A program made the position numbers and the translations under genes. A stretch of 64,000 nucleotides of DNA, from positions 576,001-640,000 of the forward strand of contig CAXXMU010000001.1 in the NCBI GenBank assembly GCA_963667785.2, written 5' to 3'. Source of the stretch: Alphaproteobacteria bacterium. Lineage in GTDB: Bacteria; Pseudomonadota; Alphaproteobacteria; UBA828. Below are positions 32,071-42,031 of the stretch, one piece after another (the stretch's first letter is position 1; every line of letters starts with the position of its first letter). The notes below the pieces were generated by a model. That model had not been told where the DNA came from. It saw nothing but the letters and a program-made list of their open reading frames with translations, and searched no databases.

Positions 32071-32217
32071 CCTGTCCCGCCCGGAATCCCTCGCTATCCC
32101 GCGAAATCCCGCATGCCCCCCAGGCCTCCGGCTCCTGTCCCGTGCAATCCCGCTTTACTCCGGCCGGATCCCGCCGAATCCCGCAGGATCCCGGTGCCTC
32201 CCCGGCCCCCTGTCCCG
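32071..32217. repeat. Degenerate ~10-bp-period repeat (..ATCCC(G)) with three CCTGTCCCG copies
   Basis: ATCCC ends at 32090, 32100, 32110, 32151, 32172, 32182, 32192; CCTGTCCCG at 32071, 32134, 32209. Confidence 0.65.
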
Positions 32218-32288
32218 CACGGCGCGCACATCTCGTCCCGCCTGCCCGCCGGCGGGGCCGCCCTGCTGTTGACAGCGCCGCCCATTCT

Positions 32289-32333
32289 CCCTCTCCGCCC
32301 CTGGGGGCGGAGAGGGCCGGGGTGAGGTGGGGG
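32289..32333. repeat. REP-like palindrome CCCTCTCCGCCCC-TG-GGGGCGGAGAGGG followed by CCGGGGTGAGG
   Basis: 13-bp perfect stem between convergent genes; resembles a common proteobacterial CCCTCTCC...GGAGAGGG-x-GGGGTGAGG element; may also act as a terminator. Confidence 0.65.
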
Positions 32334-32407
32334 AAGCTCGGGCAACACCGCACGAAGGTTGGGCACTCGCAGCAACTCGCTGCGATCGTGTCTGAACGAA
32401 AAATGCT

Positions 32408-35383
32408 CTAGCGGCTGGCGACCCGCGCGGGCGCGGGCATCTCGGCGAGCAGCACCGTGATCTTCTGCACCTGCCGCTGAAACGCGGCGAGCTCGGGTCC
32501 CGCCAGCTTGCGACCGGCCGGCAGCTTGAGCGTCATCGGATTGATTCGCCTGTCGCCCTGCATCACCTCGTAGTGGAGGTGGGGGCCGGTCGACATTCCG
32601 GTGGAGCCGACATAGCCGATGACCTGCCCCTGGCGGACCCGCTTGCCCCTCGCCATGCCCTTCGCATAGCCGCTCAGGTGCGCATAGCCGGTGCTGTAGG
32701 TGCTGTTGTGCCGGATGCGGATGTATTTGCCGTAGTTGCCGTAGCGGCCGATCATCGAGATCGCCCCGTCACCGGCGGCGAAGATCGGCGTGCCTATCGG
32801 CGCGGCGAAGTCGAGGCCCAGATGCTTCTTGTTGTAGCCGAGGATCGGGTGCATGCGCATGCCGTAGCCGGATGAAAGTCGCGCGCCGTTGATCGGTGTC
32901 CGCATGAGAGCCTTGCGCACGCTGGCGCCCGTCGCGTCCAGATAGTCCGCCGGCCCCTCCGCGGGCTCGTAGCGGAAGAGCTCGATCGTGCGCTTGCCGG
33001 CTTCGAGCGAGGCGTAGAGGAGGGGACCGTTTTCCACGAACGCGCCGGCCATGTCGTATGCCGCCTCGTAGAGGACCTCGAAACGGTCGCCCGGCTGGAG
33101 ATCGCGCTGGAAGTCGACGTCGTAGCTGAAGATGTGCACCATCTCCATGAACACCTGGTTCGGCATTCCCGCCGCGTCCGCCGCCACGTAGAGGCTCGAT
33201 TCGATGGTGCCCGCGTTCCTCTCCAGAATGCGGTCCAGCGGCCGGTCCACCACGCTCGGCAGGAAGAGGCCGTCATCGCCGCGCGTCACCACGACATCGC
33301 GGTCCGGCGCCACGTCGAGAGCGACGGCGGCGAGTCTCGGGGCGTCGCTCGACCCGTTCACCGGATCGAACGAGAGCGAGAGGGTCTGGCCGACCTGCAG
33401 CCGCCGTGGATTGTGGACCTGACGGAAGGCGACGATGACCGATTCGGCCTCCTCGCGCGAGCCGCCGGCCCGGGTCAGCGCGGCCGACAGCGTGTCGCCC
33501 GAGCGCAGGACGACCTTCTTCCGCACCAGGCCGTCGTCTTCGTCGACAAGGTCACTGACGGTGCCGTTGACGGTGTTGCCGTCGATCGCGCCCATGGCGG
33601 GCGGCGGCAGCGGCGCTGCGGCGGCGACGAAAGCGCCGTCCATCACCTGCCCGCGGGTAGGTGCCGGCGCCTCCTGCTCCTTCTCGCCCTCGGCCGGTGC
33701 GCCGGTTGCGGCGATGCGCCGGAGCGGTGCAGGGGTCAACACAATTCGGCTCGTCGTCTCGGCTTCGAAGGTTCCGGCGGCGGTGCGTGTCACCTTGACG
33801 TAGCGATCGTCGCCGGTGCGCAGCGCGACGGCGGCGAGCGTATCCGCTCCCCTCTCGTCGATGCCGGTCACCAGGGTGATTTCCTGTCCGATACGGAGCC
33901 GCCTCAGATTGAACATCGTGCGGGCCGCCTCGATGGCGCGGTCCGCCTCCACGCGGTCGATCCCGTGCCGCCGCAGGATCGCCATCAGGGTATCGCCCGA
34001 TCGCACCTCGATCTGCCTGGCCGATGTCGGCAGAGGTGCCGGCGCCGCCGCCACCGTCGGCGCGCTCTCGGTGTCGGGCTTGGGCTTGGCCTGCGTACCC
34101 GTCGCGGTCGGCCCGGCCGGCTTCGCGGTCGGCACGGCCGGCTTCGCGGTCAGCCAGGCCCTGGGCGCCTCCCTGGTAATCCGGCTCGAGAAGCGCCCCT
34201 TCTCACCCCGCTCGACCTGGATGAATCGGCCCTTCGGGAGCGCGATATCCAGCCTCGCGATGCGCGGTTCGAAGCCCGGCACCGGCCGTTTCGTGACCCG
34301 CACGGTGATGCCGGCGGGAAGGCGGCGCGGATTGAACACGCGGCGCAGGCTCTGCACGAGCGCGTCCGCCTCGGGCCTGCGTACCTCCGCATCGAGGAGG
34401 AGATCCATCAGGGTGCTGCCCGCGCGCAGGGTACGGCGCAGTTCGACGGTCGCCTGCTCCGGCTCCGCCGCACCCGTATTTTCGCCGCTCTCGTCGGGCC
34501 GGGGGGCGGCCGGCTGTGCAGCGGCCGCGGCCGGTGCGACATCGGCGGCGACCGATGCGATATCGGCGGCGGCAGGGCCGTCCGGCTTGAGCCGCGGAAC
34601 CGCGAGCTCTCCCGTCCCGGCGCTCGCGATGGGAGCGAGTTCGGCTGCCCTGAGCGCGGTGCCGGTCGTCCGTTGCGCGGCGAATCCGCCGCCATCGGTG
34701 CGGATGACGGCCACCGCCCGGTCGTCGTCGAGATAGAGCGCGATGCCGCGCAGCCGGGCCCTGCCGTCCGCATCGCGCCCCGCCGCGATCGAGATGACCT
34801 GCCCCGGCATCAGCTCGCGCGGGTCGAAATCCGTCCTCAGTGCTCTCACGACGGCGTCCACGGTCTCGCCGTCGACGCCGTGGCGGCTCAGGATGCCGCC
34901 GATCGTCTCGTTGCGCCGCACGGTCACGGTGCGGCCTTCGCGGTCGAACGCCACTTCCGACAGTGGAATGGGGCGGGTGAGCGGGAGTCGGGTGCGGCGC
35001 GCGCTGTAGCGGCCGTTCGGGCGCCGATTCGCCTCGACGAACCGTTCCTTCCCCGTCTGGACGCTGATAGCGAGCGGAACGCGCCGGCCCTCATCCTCCA
35101 GACGGAACAGAAGCCGGACTTCGTGGCCGACCCGCATGCGCCGCAGGTTCGTCTTTCGCTGCACCGCGGTTGCGATCCAGCCGGCGTCCACCGGGCTCAC
35201 GCCGGCGCGGTCCAGCAGGATGGAGAGCGTGTCGCCGCGCTCGACGCGGAGGGTTTCGAGCTCGGTTGCGTCCTCTGTCGACGCCAGTGCCGCCTGCATC
35301 GGCGCCGGCAGGCCAGCCGCGACCCCTGCAATCAGCAGGAGTCCCGCAACCAGCCATGTCCAGCGTCGAAGGCGGCGATCCAT
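32408..35383 (-). CDS. Large M23 peptidoglycan DD-endopeptidase with five LysM-like N-terminal modules
   Basis: C-terminal H.G.DFAAP.GTP, YAHL, STGPHLHYE; DFQRDLQPGD; N-terminal TM/signal; start at MDRRLRRW is inferred. Confidence 0.9.
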   Translation of the reverse strand: MDRRLRRWTWLVAGLLLIAGVAAGLPAPMQAALASTEDATELETLRVERGDTLSILLDRAGVSPVDAGWIATAVQRKTNLRRMRVGHEVRLLFRLEDEGRRVPLAISVQTGKERFVEANRRPNGRYSARRTRLPLTRPIPLSEVAFDREGRTVTVRRNETIGGILSRHGVDGETVDAVVRALRTDFDPRELMPGQVISIAAGRDADGRARLRGIALYLDDDRAVAVIRTDGGGFAAQRTTGTALRAAELAPIASAGTGELAVPRLKPDGPAAADIASVAADVAPAAAAAQPAAPRPDESGENTGAAEPEQATVELRRTLRAGSTLMDLLLDAEVRRPEADALVQSLRRVFNPRRLPAGITVRVTKRPVPGFEPRIARLDIALPKGRFIQVERGEKGRFSSRITREAPRAWLTAKPAVPTAKPAGPTATGTQAKPKPDTESAPTVAAAPAPLPTSARQIEVRSGDTLMAILRRHGIDRVEADRAIEAARTMFNLRRLRIGQEITLVTGIDERGADTLAAVALRTGDDRYVKVTRTAAGTFEAETTSRIVLTPAPLRRIAATGAPAEGEKEQEAPAPTRGQVMDGAFVAAAAPLPPPAMGAIDGNTVNGTVSDLVDEDDGLVRKKVVLRSGDTLSAALTRAGGSREEAESVIVAFRQVHNPRRLQVGQTLSLSFDPVNGSSDAPRLAAVALDVAPDRDVVVTRGDDGLFLPSVVDRPLDRILERNAGTIESSLYVAADAAGMPNQVFMEMVHIFSYDVDFQRDLQPGDRFEVLYEAAYDMAGAFVENGPLLYASLEAGKRTIELFRYEPAEGPADYLDATGASVRKALMRTPINGARLSSGYGMRMHPILGYNKKHLGLDFAAPIGTPIFAAGDGAISMIGRYGNYGKYIRIRHNSTYSTGYAHLSGYAKGMARGKRVRQGQVIGYVGSTGMSTGPHLHYEVMQGDRRINPMTLKLPAGRKLAGPELAAFQRQVQKITVLLAEMPAPARVASR

Positions 35384-35585
35384 ACCCCGAATCAGTCCCC
35401 AAGCCACACGCATACGCGTCGACTCGTCAGTTGGGAGCGATGAGAGAACACCAAGCCTGAAGATACGCCGGCGCCTTGTCAATCGCGCGAGGGTCAATCG
35501 CGTGACGCCGGAGGCGATCCGGAAATCCCGTGATTCCCGAGACTTGGGCGTGTCGCTGGTTCACAACGCAGGCCCGGTGCCAGCC

Positions 35586-35834
35586 CTAGCGTCTGCTACT
35601 GGCGCCCGATCGGCGCCCTGCGCCTGCACTTGCCGTTTGCAATCGTGCGATCTCGTCCTTGACCTTGAGCTTGCGGCGCTTCAGGTCGGTGAGCGACAGC
35701 CCGTCCGGCGCCGGCCGCCGGGCTTCTTCCTGGATCGCCCGTTCCAGCCCCGCATGTCTCGCGGCGAGAGTGGCAAGATAATCGTCGACCCCGATCTCGT
35801 AGACCAGTGTGAGAGGGTCGATCCGCGAGTACAT
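35586..35834 (-). CDS. DUF465/YdcH-like small coiled-coil protein
   Basis: L..RHA.LE..I.EE..RP.PD......LKR.KL..KDEI; start uncertain. Confidence 0.7.
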   Translation of the reverse strand: MYSRIDPLTLVYEIGVDDYLATLAARHAGLERAIQEEARRPAPDGLSLTDLKRRKLKVKDEIARLQTASAGAGRRSGASSRR

Positions 35835-35982
35835 CTGTCGTTGGATCTCTCTGGGACTGTCTCGTCGGAGCGTACTGTGGGCGTGCCACGGAAGATTGGC
35901 GATTCCGACGTCAGTATGTCATATCGCCCGCACCATTGCCACCGCGCCAGCCGGCCACGACACGGCCCCGGGGAGTTCGTCG

Positions 35983-37572
35983 ATGCCTGACGCGCAAGGC
36001 CGGCCCATCGCCCGCGCCCTGATCTCGGTTTCGGACAAGAGCGGCCTCGTGCCGTTCGCCTCCCGGCTGGCACGATCGGGCGTTGCCATCCTGTCTACCG
36101 GCGGCACGGCGCGGACGCTCCGCGAGGCCGGCATCGCGGTCACCGACGTCTCCGACCACACCGGCTTTCCGGAGATCATGGACGGCCGGGTCAAGACCCT
36201 GCATCCGGCGATCTACGGCGGGATTCTCGCCCGCAGGGACGACGCCGGCCACCGCGCGGCACTGGAGGCGCACCGCATCGCCGGCATCGACCTCGTTGCG
36301 GTCAACCTCTACCCCTTCGAGGAGGCGGTGCGGGAGGGTACCGCGCTCGACACCTGCATCGAGACCATCGACATCGGCGGCCCGGCGATGATCCGGGCGG
36401 CGGCCAAGAACCACGATGACGTGACGGTGGTGGTGCAGCCCTCGGACTACCAGGCCGTGCTGGACGACATGGAGGCGCTCGGCGGCGCCACCAGCCTGGC
36501 CCTGCGCCGCCGCCTGGCGGCGACGGCGTTCGCGCGGACCGCCGCCTACGATGCCGCCATCGCCCGCCGGCTCGCGGCCGAGACCGAGGGCGAGATGCTG
36601 CCGTCCCGCATGGTGCTCGGCGGCGCGCGCGCCCGGCTGCTGCGCTATGGCGAGAACCCGCATCAGAGCGCCGCTCTCTATGTCGACCCCACGGCCCCGC
36701 CGGGCATCGCCCAGGCCGATCTGATCCAGGGCAAGGAGCCGAGCTACAACAATCTGGCCGATGCCGACGCGGCGTTCGCGCTGGTGCGCGAGTTCGGCCC
36801 GCCCGCCATCGCCATCATCAAGCACGGCAACCCCTGCGGCGTCGGCGTCGCGGACAGCCTCGCCGCGGCCTACGAGAAGGCGCGGGCCTGCGATCCGGTG
36901 AGCGCCTTCGGCGGCGTGGTCGCGGCCAACCGTGCGCTCGACGGCGCGACTGCGGGCGCCATCGCCGGCCTCTTCACCGAGGTCGTGGTCGCGCCCGAAG
37001 CGGATGCGGACGCGCGCGCCGCCCTTGCCGCCAAGCGCGACCTGCGTCTGCTGCTCACGGGCACGCACACGGGCGACGGTGGCGAGCGGCTGGTGCTGCG
37101 CGCTCTCTCGGACGGCTTCCTGATGCAGACCGAGGACTCCGTGCGCGTCACTGCCGACATGCTCAGGACGGTGACCAGGCGTGAGCCGACGGAACGGGAG
37201 CGCGCGGACCTCCTGTTCGCGTTCACCGTCGCCAAGCACGTGAAGTCGAACGCCATCGTCTATGCCAGGGGCGGCGCCACCGTCGGCATCGGCGCGGGCC
37301 AGATGAGCCGCATCGATTCCTCCCGTATCGCGGCGCAGAAGGCGGCCGACGCTTCGGCCGCCGCCGGCGAGGACCGCTCGCGGGCGGAGGGCTGCGTGGT
37401 GGCGTCGGACGCGTTCTTTCCCTTCGCCGACGGGCTGCTCGCGGCCGCCCAGGCCGGCGCCACCGCGGTGATCCAGCCGGGAGGCTCCAAGCGCGATGCC
37501 GAGGTCATCGCCGCGGCCGACGAGAAGGGCCTCGCCATGGTCTTCACCGGCGTCCGTCACTTCCGCCACTAG
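35983..37572 (+). CDS. purH: Bifunctional AICAR transformylase/IMP cyclohydrolase
   Basis: [43 protein letters not shown]. Confidence 0.97.
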   Translation: MPDAQGRPIARALISVSDKSGLVPFASRLARSGVAILSTGGTARTLREAGIAVTDVSDHTGFPEIMDGRVKTLHPAIYGGILARRDDAGHRAALEAHRIAGIDLVAVNLYPFEEAVREGTALDTCIETIDIGGPAMIRAAAKNHDDVTVVVQPSDYQAVLDDMEALGGATSLALRRRLAATAFARTAAYDAAIARRLAAETEGEMLPSRMVLGGARARLLRYGENPHQSAALYVDPTAPPGIAQADLIQGKEPSYNNLADADAAFALVREFGPPAIAIIKHGNPCGVGVADSLAAAYEKARACDPVSAFGGVVAANRALDGATAGAIAGLFTEVVVAPEADADARAALAAKRDLRLLLTGTHTGDGGERLVLRALSDGFLMQTEDSVRVTADMLRTVTRREPTERERADLLFAFTVAKHVKSNAIVYARGGATVGIGAGQMSRIDSSRIAAQKAADASAAAGEDRSRAEGCVVASDAFFPFADGLLAAAQAGATAVIQPGGSKRDAEVIAAADEKGLAMVFTGVRHFRH

Positions 37573-37584
37573 GCGCGGGCTCCG

Positions 37585-38523
37585 ATGATCGTCGTATTCG
37601 GCTCGATCAACGCCGATCTCCTGTTCGCCGTCGATGCGCTGCCGCGCGCCGGCGAGACGGTGCTCTGCCCGGGCCATCGGGCAGTGGCCGGCGGCAAGGG
37701 CCTCAATCAGGCGGTCGCCGCCGCGCGTGCTGCCACCGACCCTGCGACCTCCGTCCAGATGGTGGGCCGCGTCGGCCCCGACGGCTTCGCCACGCTCGCG
37801 CTCGGCGCGCTCGAGGACGCCGGCGTCGGGACCGAGGCGGTCACCCGGAGCGCGCTTCCCACCGGCTGCGCCGCGGTGATCGTCGACCGCGCAGGCGAGA
37901 ACCAGATCACCGTGGCGAGCGGCGCCAACACGGACCTTTCGCCGGACGCGCTGCCCGATGCGTGGCTCGGGCCGGAGACGGTGCTCGTGCTGCAGATGGA
38001 GGTCCCGCTCGAGTCCAATTGGGCGGCGGTCGAGCGGGCCAAGGCGCGCGGTGCCCGCGTGGTCCTCAACCTGGCGCCCGCCAAGCCGGTGCCGGCCGCC
38101 TTGCTGCCCGCATTCGACCTCGTGGTGGTGAACGAGATCGAGGCAGGCATGCTGGCCGAGGCGCTGGGACTGGACGCCACCTCCGGCGAGGAGGCCGGGC
38201 GCGCGATCGCAGGCCGCTACGGCGTGACGACGGTGGTGAGCCTGGGCAGCGCCGGGGCTGCCGCCTTCACGCCCGATGCGGCCTGGCGCTGCGGCGCGCT
38301 CGCGATCGAGCCCGTGGACACGGTCGGCGCGGGCGATGCCTTCGTCGCCGGCCTCGCGCTCGGGCTGGAAGCAGGCGCGCCGCTGCCCCGGATGCTGCAG
38401 CGGGCGAGCGTCATCGGCGGGCTCGCCTGCCTCGGCGAGGGCGCCGCGCCGGCGATGCCGCAGGCCGCAGAGGTCGAGGCCCGCCTCGCCGATCTGGCGC
38501 CGGCGCAGCCCCTCGATCTATGA
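37585..38523 (+). CDS. rbsK: Ribokinase (PfkB family)
   Basis: GSINAD, GGKGLNQA, GENQI...GAN, NLAP, NEIE, DTVGAGDAF. Confidence 0.88.
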   Translation: MIVVFGSINADLLFAVDALPRAGETVLCPGHRAVAGGKGLNQAVAAARAATDPATSVQMVGRVGPDGFATLALGALEDAGVGTEAVTRSALPTGCAAVIVDRAGENQITVASGANTDLSPDALPDAWLGPETVLVLQMEVPLESNWAAVERAKARGARVVLNLAPAKPVPAALLPAFDLVVVNEIEAGMLAEALGLDATSGEEAGRAIAGRYGVTTVVSLGSAGAAAFTPDAAWRCGALAIEPVDTVGAGDAFVAGLALGLEAGAPLPRMLQRASVIGGLACLGEGAAPAMPQAAEVEARLADLAPAQPLDL

Positions 38524-39618
38524 CGAGGCCGCCTCGGCTCTCTCGGGGAAGAGGTCGCGGAGGCCCCGCTCCGACGCCTCGCACACGCCGCGGTCGGTGA
38601 TGAGCGCGGTCACCAGTCGCGCCGGCGTCACGTCGAAGGCATAGTTGGCGGCGCGGCTGCCGGCGGGCGTCAGCGCCACTGTCGTCTCGCGTCCGGCCTC
38701 GTCGCGCCCGGTGATGGTCAGCACCTCGTCTTCCGCCCGCTGCTCGATGGGCGTCTCGGCGCCGTCGGCGAGGCTCCAGTCGATGGTGGGATGGGGCAGC
38801 GCGACGTAGAAGGGGATGCCGTTGTCGCCGGCCGCCAGCGCCTTCAGATAAGTGCCGATCTTGTTGCACACGTCGCCGCGGGCGGTGGTGCGGTCGGTGC
38901 CGGTGATGCAGAAGTCGACCATGCCGCGCTGCATCAGGTGGCCGCCGGCATTGTCCACGATGACCGTGTGCGGCACCCCGTGGCTTGCGAGCTCCCAGGC
39001 GGTAAGCGCCGCACCCTGGTTGCGGGGCCGCGTCTCGTCGACCCACACATGGACGGGAATTCCCTTGTCGTGGGCCAGGTAGAGGGGCGCCAGCGCCGTT
39101 CCCCAGTCGACCGCGGCGAGCCAGCCGGCGTTGCAATGGGTGAGCACGTTGACCGGGCCGTCCTTCTCGCCGGCGACCCGTTCCACCAGCGCGAGCCCGT
39201 TCTCCCCGATCGCCCGGTTGATGGCCACGTCCTCGTCGCAGATCTCGCCCGCCCGCCGATAGGCGGCGGCGGCGCGCTCGCCCGCGCCCAGGGGGCGGAG
39301 CCTCCGGCCCAGGTCCTCGAGCGCCCAGCGCAGGTTGACCGCCGTCGGCCGGGTGGCGGCGAGCAGCGCGATGGCGTGCTCCAGACTGGCATCGCCCGGG
39401 TCGTCGGCGAGCGCCAGCGCTAGGCCGTAGGCCGCGGTCGCGCCGATGAGCGGCGCACCACGCACCACCATCGTCCTGATGGCATCCGCCGCATCGTCCA
39501 CGGTGCGGAGCGGGCGGGTCGAGAAGCTGTGCGGAAGCCGCGTCTGGTCGATGACGACGACCGTGCGGCCGTCCTCGTCCAGCCAGATGCTGCGATAGGG
39601 GCGGCCGTCGACCTTCAC
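38518..39618 (-). CDS. mtnA: S-methyl-5-thioribose-1-phosphate isomerase
   Basis: IDQTRLP, MVVRGAPLIG, RPTAVNL, LTHCNAG.LA, DETRP.NQGA.LTAWEL, NKIGTY, FDVTP; GTG start overlaps upstream TGA. Confidence 0.95.
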   Translation of the reverse strand: MKVDGRPYRSIWLDEDGRTVVVIDQTRLPHSFSTRPLRTVDDAADAIRTMVVRGAPLIGATAAYGLALALADDPGDASLEHAIALLAATRPTAVNLRWALEDLGRRLRPLGAGERAAAAYRRAGEICDEDVAINRAIGENGLALVERVAGEKDGPVNVLTHCNAGWLAAVDWGTALAPLYLAHDKGIPVHVWVDETRPRNQGAALTAWELASHGVPHTVIVDNAGGHLMQRGMVDFCITGTDRTTARGDVCNKIGTYLKALAAGDNGIPFYVALPHPTIDWSLADGAETPIEQRAEDEVLTITGRDEAGRETTVALTPAGSRAANYAFDVTPARLVTALITDRGVCEASERGLRDLFPERAEAASS

Positions 39619-40301
39619 GAGCCGGCGCCCGCCTTCGTCATCATGTCGTAGCGCACCCTGTCGTGGGCCTCGACCGGGTCCACCCCCTGGCGCACCGCCT
39701 CGATGATGCCTTCCTCGATGTTCTTGAAGAGCGTGGCGTGCTCCAGCACCTCGGCGGCGCGGGCACGGGGGACGACGCAGACGCCGTTCTCGTCGGCGAC
39801 GATGATGTCGCCCGGCGCCACCGGGACGCCGCCCAGCCGCACGGGGATGGCGTAGCCCGCGCAGGCGCAGCGGTTGCGGATCGACTGCTGGATGAAGCCC
39901 CGGCCGTAGACCGGCAGGTTCAGCGCCTTGTACTCGTCGATGTCGCGGGTGACGCCGTCGATCACCGTGCCGACGAGGCCGAAATGCCGGGTGGTGAAGC
40001 CGGCGACGCCGCCATAGCTGTTGACGTCCATCCGCCCGCCCTGGTCGATCACCAGCACGTCGCCGGGATTGCCCCGCTTGACCGCCTCGAGCGTGCCGAG
40101 CACGGGCGATTCCTCGGCCTCGCCCACGGGCACCAGCTTCAGCGTCGCGGCGGGGCCGACGATCCTGGCGCAGCTGTCCCACAGCGGGCCGATGCCGTGC
40201 GGCGCGCCGGCGATTCCGGCGCGGTCGAGGCCGTCCGAGACGTTGGCGGTGGAGAGGCGGCGAAAGCCCTCGACCAGGTCTCTGAGGTCGGCGGCGGTCA
40301 T
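39615..40301 (-). CDS. RraA/HMG-aldolase family protein
   Basis: STANVSD, G.A.T, PGDVLVID, G.VIDG..RD, V.PGDII.ADENGV. Confidence 0.88.
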   Translation of the reverse strand: MTAADLRDLVEGFRRLSTANVSDGLDRAGIAGAPHGIGPLWDSCARIVGPAATLKLVPVGEAEESPVLGTLEAVKRGNPGDVLVIDQGGRMDVNSYGGVAGFTTRHFGLVGTVIDGVTRDIDEYKALNLPVYGRGFIQQSIRNRCACAGYAIPVRLGGVPVAPGDIIVADENGVCVVPRARAAEVLEHATLFKNIEEGIIEAVRQGVDPVEAHDRVRYDMMTKAGAGS

Positions 40302-40331
40302 GGTCGCTCCCGATCCGATTGCTGCATGGGT

Positions 40332-41273
40332 CTACGGCTGCTCGTCCTGCGGCCCTCGGAAGCCCCTTTCCTTGGCCCGGATCAGCGCCGAGACGAGCGT
40401 GTTGTAGGGCGCTTCGAGGCCGAGCGCCAGAGCCTCCGGCGGGATCGCGCCGTTGATGGCGTCGATCTCCGAGCGGCGGCCGGCGAGGTGGTCCAGCAGC
40501 ATCGAGGGGCGGGCATCGGGGATCTTGGCGCCGAAGTCGCGCACGTAGGCCACGGGCTCCTCGAAGTCGAGGCGGACGCCGCGTGCGCGCGCGACATGGA
40601 AGGCCTCGGCAGCACAGCCGGAGGCGATGGGCCAGGCGTCCGCATCGGCCATGATCTCGCCCACCGTGAGCCCGGTCAGCGCCGCCGTGCCGCTGTAGCA
40701 GACGTTGCAGATCAGCTTCTCCCAGACGAGCTGGTCGATGTCGTCGAAGCACCTGACGGTGAAGCCGGACTCCCGCCAGAGCGCGGCGATGCGCTCCAGC
40801 CGGGGCGTCACCGCGCCGTTCGCCTCGCCCAGTCGCACCAGCTCCATGCCGTTGTGATGGGCGTGGCCCGGCGCCTTGATCGAGGCGCCGAAGCCGCCGA
40901 CCACGCCGATGATGACGCGCTCTGCGCCCATGATGCGGGCGACCCTGGCGGCGCTGCCGAGGCCGTTCTGGATGGTCAGCACCGGGGTCTCCGGGCCGAG
41001 CAGAGCGCGCGCGCTGGTAGCCGCTTCCTCCACCTGCGGCGCCTTGGTGGCGATGATGACGAGGTCGCAGGGGCCGACGGCGGCCGGATCGCTGGTAGCG
41101 CCCAGCGCAACCGTGCGGTCGCCGCTCGCGCCTTCGAGCCGGAGACCGTTCGCCGCCATCGCGTCGACATGGGCCTGCCAGGTGTCGATGGCCCAGACCT
41201 CGTTGCCGGCATCGGCCATGAGCGCGGCATAGACGCAGCCCATGGCGCCGGCGCCGACGATCCCGATCTTCAT
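40332..41273 (-). CDS. Ketopantoate reductase-family (PanE/ApbA) protein
   Basis: GAGAMG, ATK, QNGLG, WEKL..N, SMLLD...GRRSEIDAING. Confidence 0.9.
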   Translation of the reverse strand: MKIGIVGAGAMGCVYAALMADAGNEVWAIDTWQAHVDAMAANGLRLEGASGDRTVALGATSDPAAVGPCDLVIIATKAPQVEEAATSARALLGPETPVLTIQNGLGSAARVARIMGAERVIIGVVGGFGASIKAPGHAHHNGMELVRLGEANGAVTPRLERIAALWRESGFTVRCFDDIDQLVWEKLICNVCYSGTAALTGLTVGEIMADADAWPIASGCAAEAFHVARARGVRLDFEEPVAYVRDFGAKIPDARPSMLLDHLAGRRSEIDAINGAIPPEALALGLEAPYNTLVSALIRAKERGFRGPQDEQP

Positions 41274-41309
41274 CGCTCTTGCTCGCTCCTTCTTGGTGAG
41301 GGTCCCGGC

Positions 41310-42023
41310 TCAGCCCGGGCCGACGCGTTCGCCGTGCATCGTGCAGGATGCCTCGGCAAGCGCGACGAAGGCCTCGGTGACCGTGTCGGGAGCCGGCAGG
41401 CGGCTCGGGTCCTCGCCCGGATAGGCGCGGCGCCGCAGAGCCGTCGCCACCGGGCCGGGATCGAGCAGGTTGACCCGGAGCGCGCTGCGGCGGGTCTCCG
41501 CCGCGTAGCAGCGGACCAGCGCCTCGAGGCCCGCCTTGCTCGCGGCATAGGCGCCCCAGAAGGCGGATGCGTCCCTGGCGGCGGCGGCGGTGACGAAGAT
41601 CGCCCGGCCTGCCGGAGACGCGCGCAGCAGGGGGTCGAGACTGCGGATCAGCCGCCAGTTGGCGCCGAGGTTGAGCGCGAGCGTCGCTTCCCAGTCTTCC
41701 GGCGCATGGTGGCCGACCGGACTGAGCTGGACCAGCATGCCCGCGTTGGCGACGAGGACGTCGAGGCGGCCGAAACGCTCGGCGAGCGCCGCGCCGAGCC
41801 GGTCGATCCGCTCCCCGTCGCGGAGGTCCATCGGCACCAGCGTCGCGGTCTCGCCGGAGGCGCGCTGCACGGCGTCGTCCACCTCCTCCAGGCCGCCCGT
41901 GGTGCGGGCGACGAGGACGAGGCGCGCCCCCTCGGCGGCGAAGCGGCGGGCGACGGCGGCACCGATGCCGCGCGAGGCGCCGGTCACGAGAGCGATCCGG
42001 CCGTCGAGGCGCGGTGGCGCCAT
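41310..42023 (-). CDS. SDR-family oxidoreductase (YciK-like)
   Basis: TGASRGIG, NAG, WGAYAASK, T.LR..AYPGED; conserved position downstream of purF. Confidence 0.9.
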   Translation of the reverse strand: MAPPRLDGRIALVTGASRGIGAAVARRFAAEGARLVLVARTTGGLEEVDDAVQRASGETATLVPMDLRDGERIDRLGAALAERFGRLDVLVANAGMLVQLSPVGHHAPEDWEATLALNLGANWRLIRSLDPLLRASPAGRAIFVTAAAARDASAFWGAYAASKAGLEALVRCYAAETRRSALRVNLLDPGPVATALRRRAYPGEDPSRLPAPDTVTEAFVALAEASCTMHGERVGPG

Positions 42024-42031
42024 GATGTCGG

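Noticed and set aside
35835-35982. ZTP (pfl) riboswitch upstream of purH
   Set aside because: I could not find the conserved GACUGGCG / GCCUGGGC elements; an Rfam scan would settle it.
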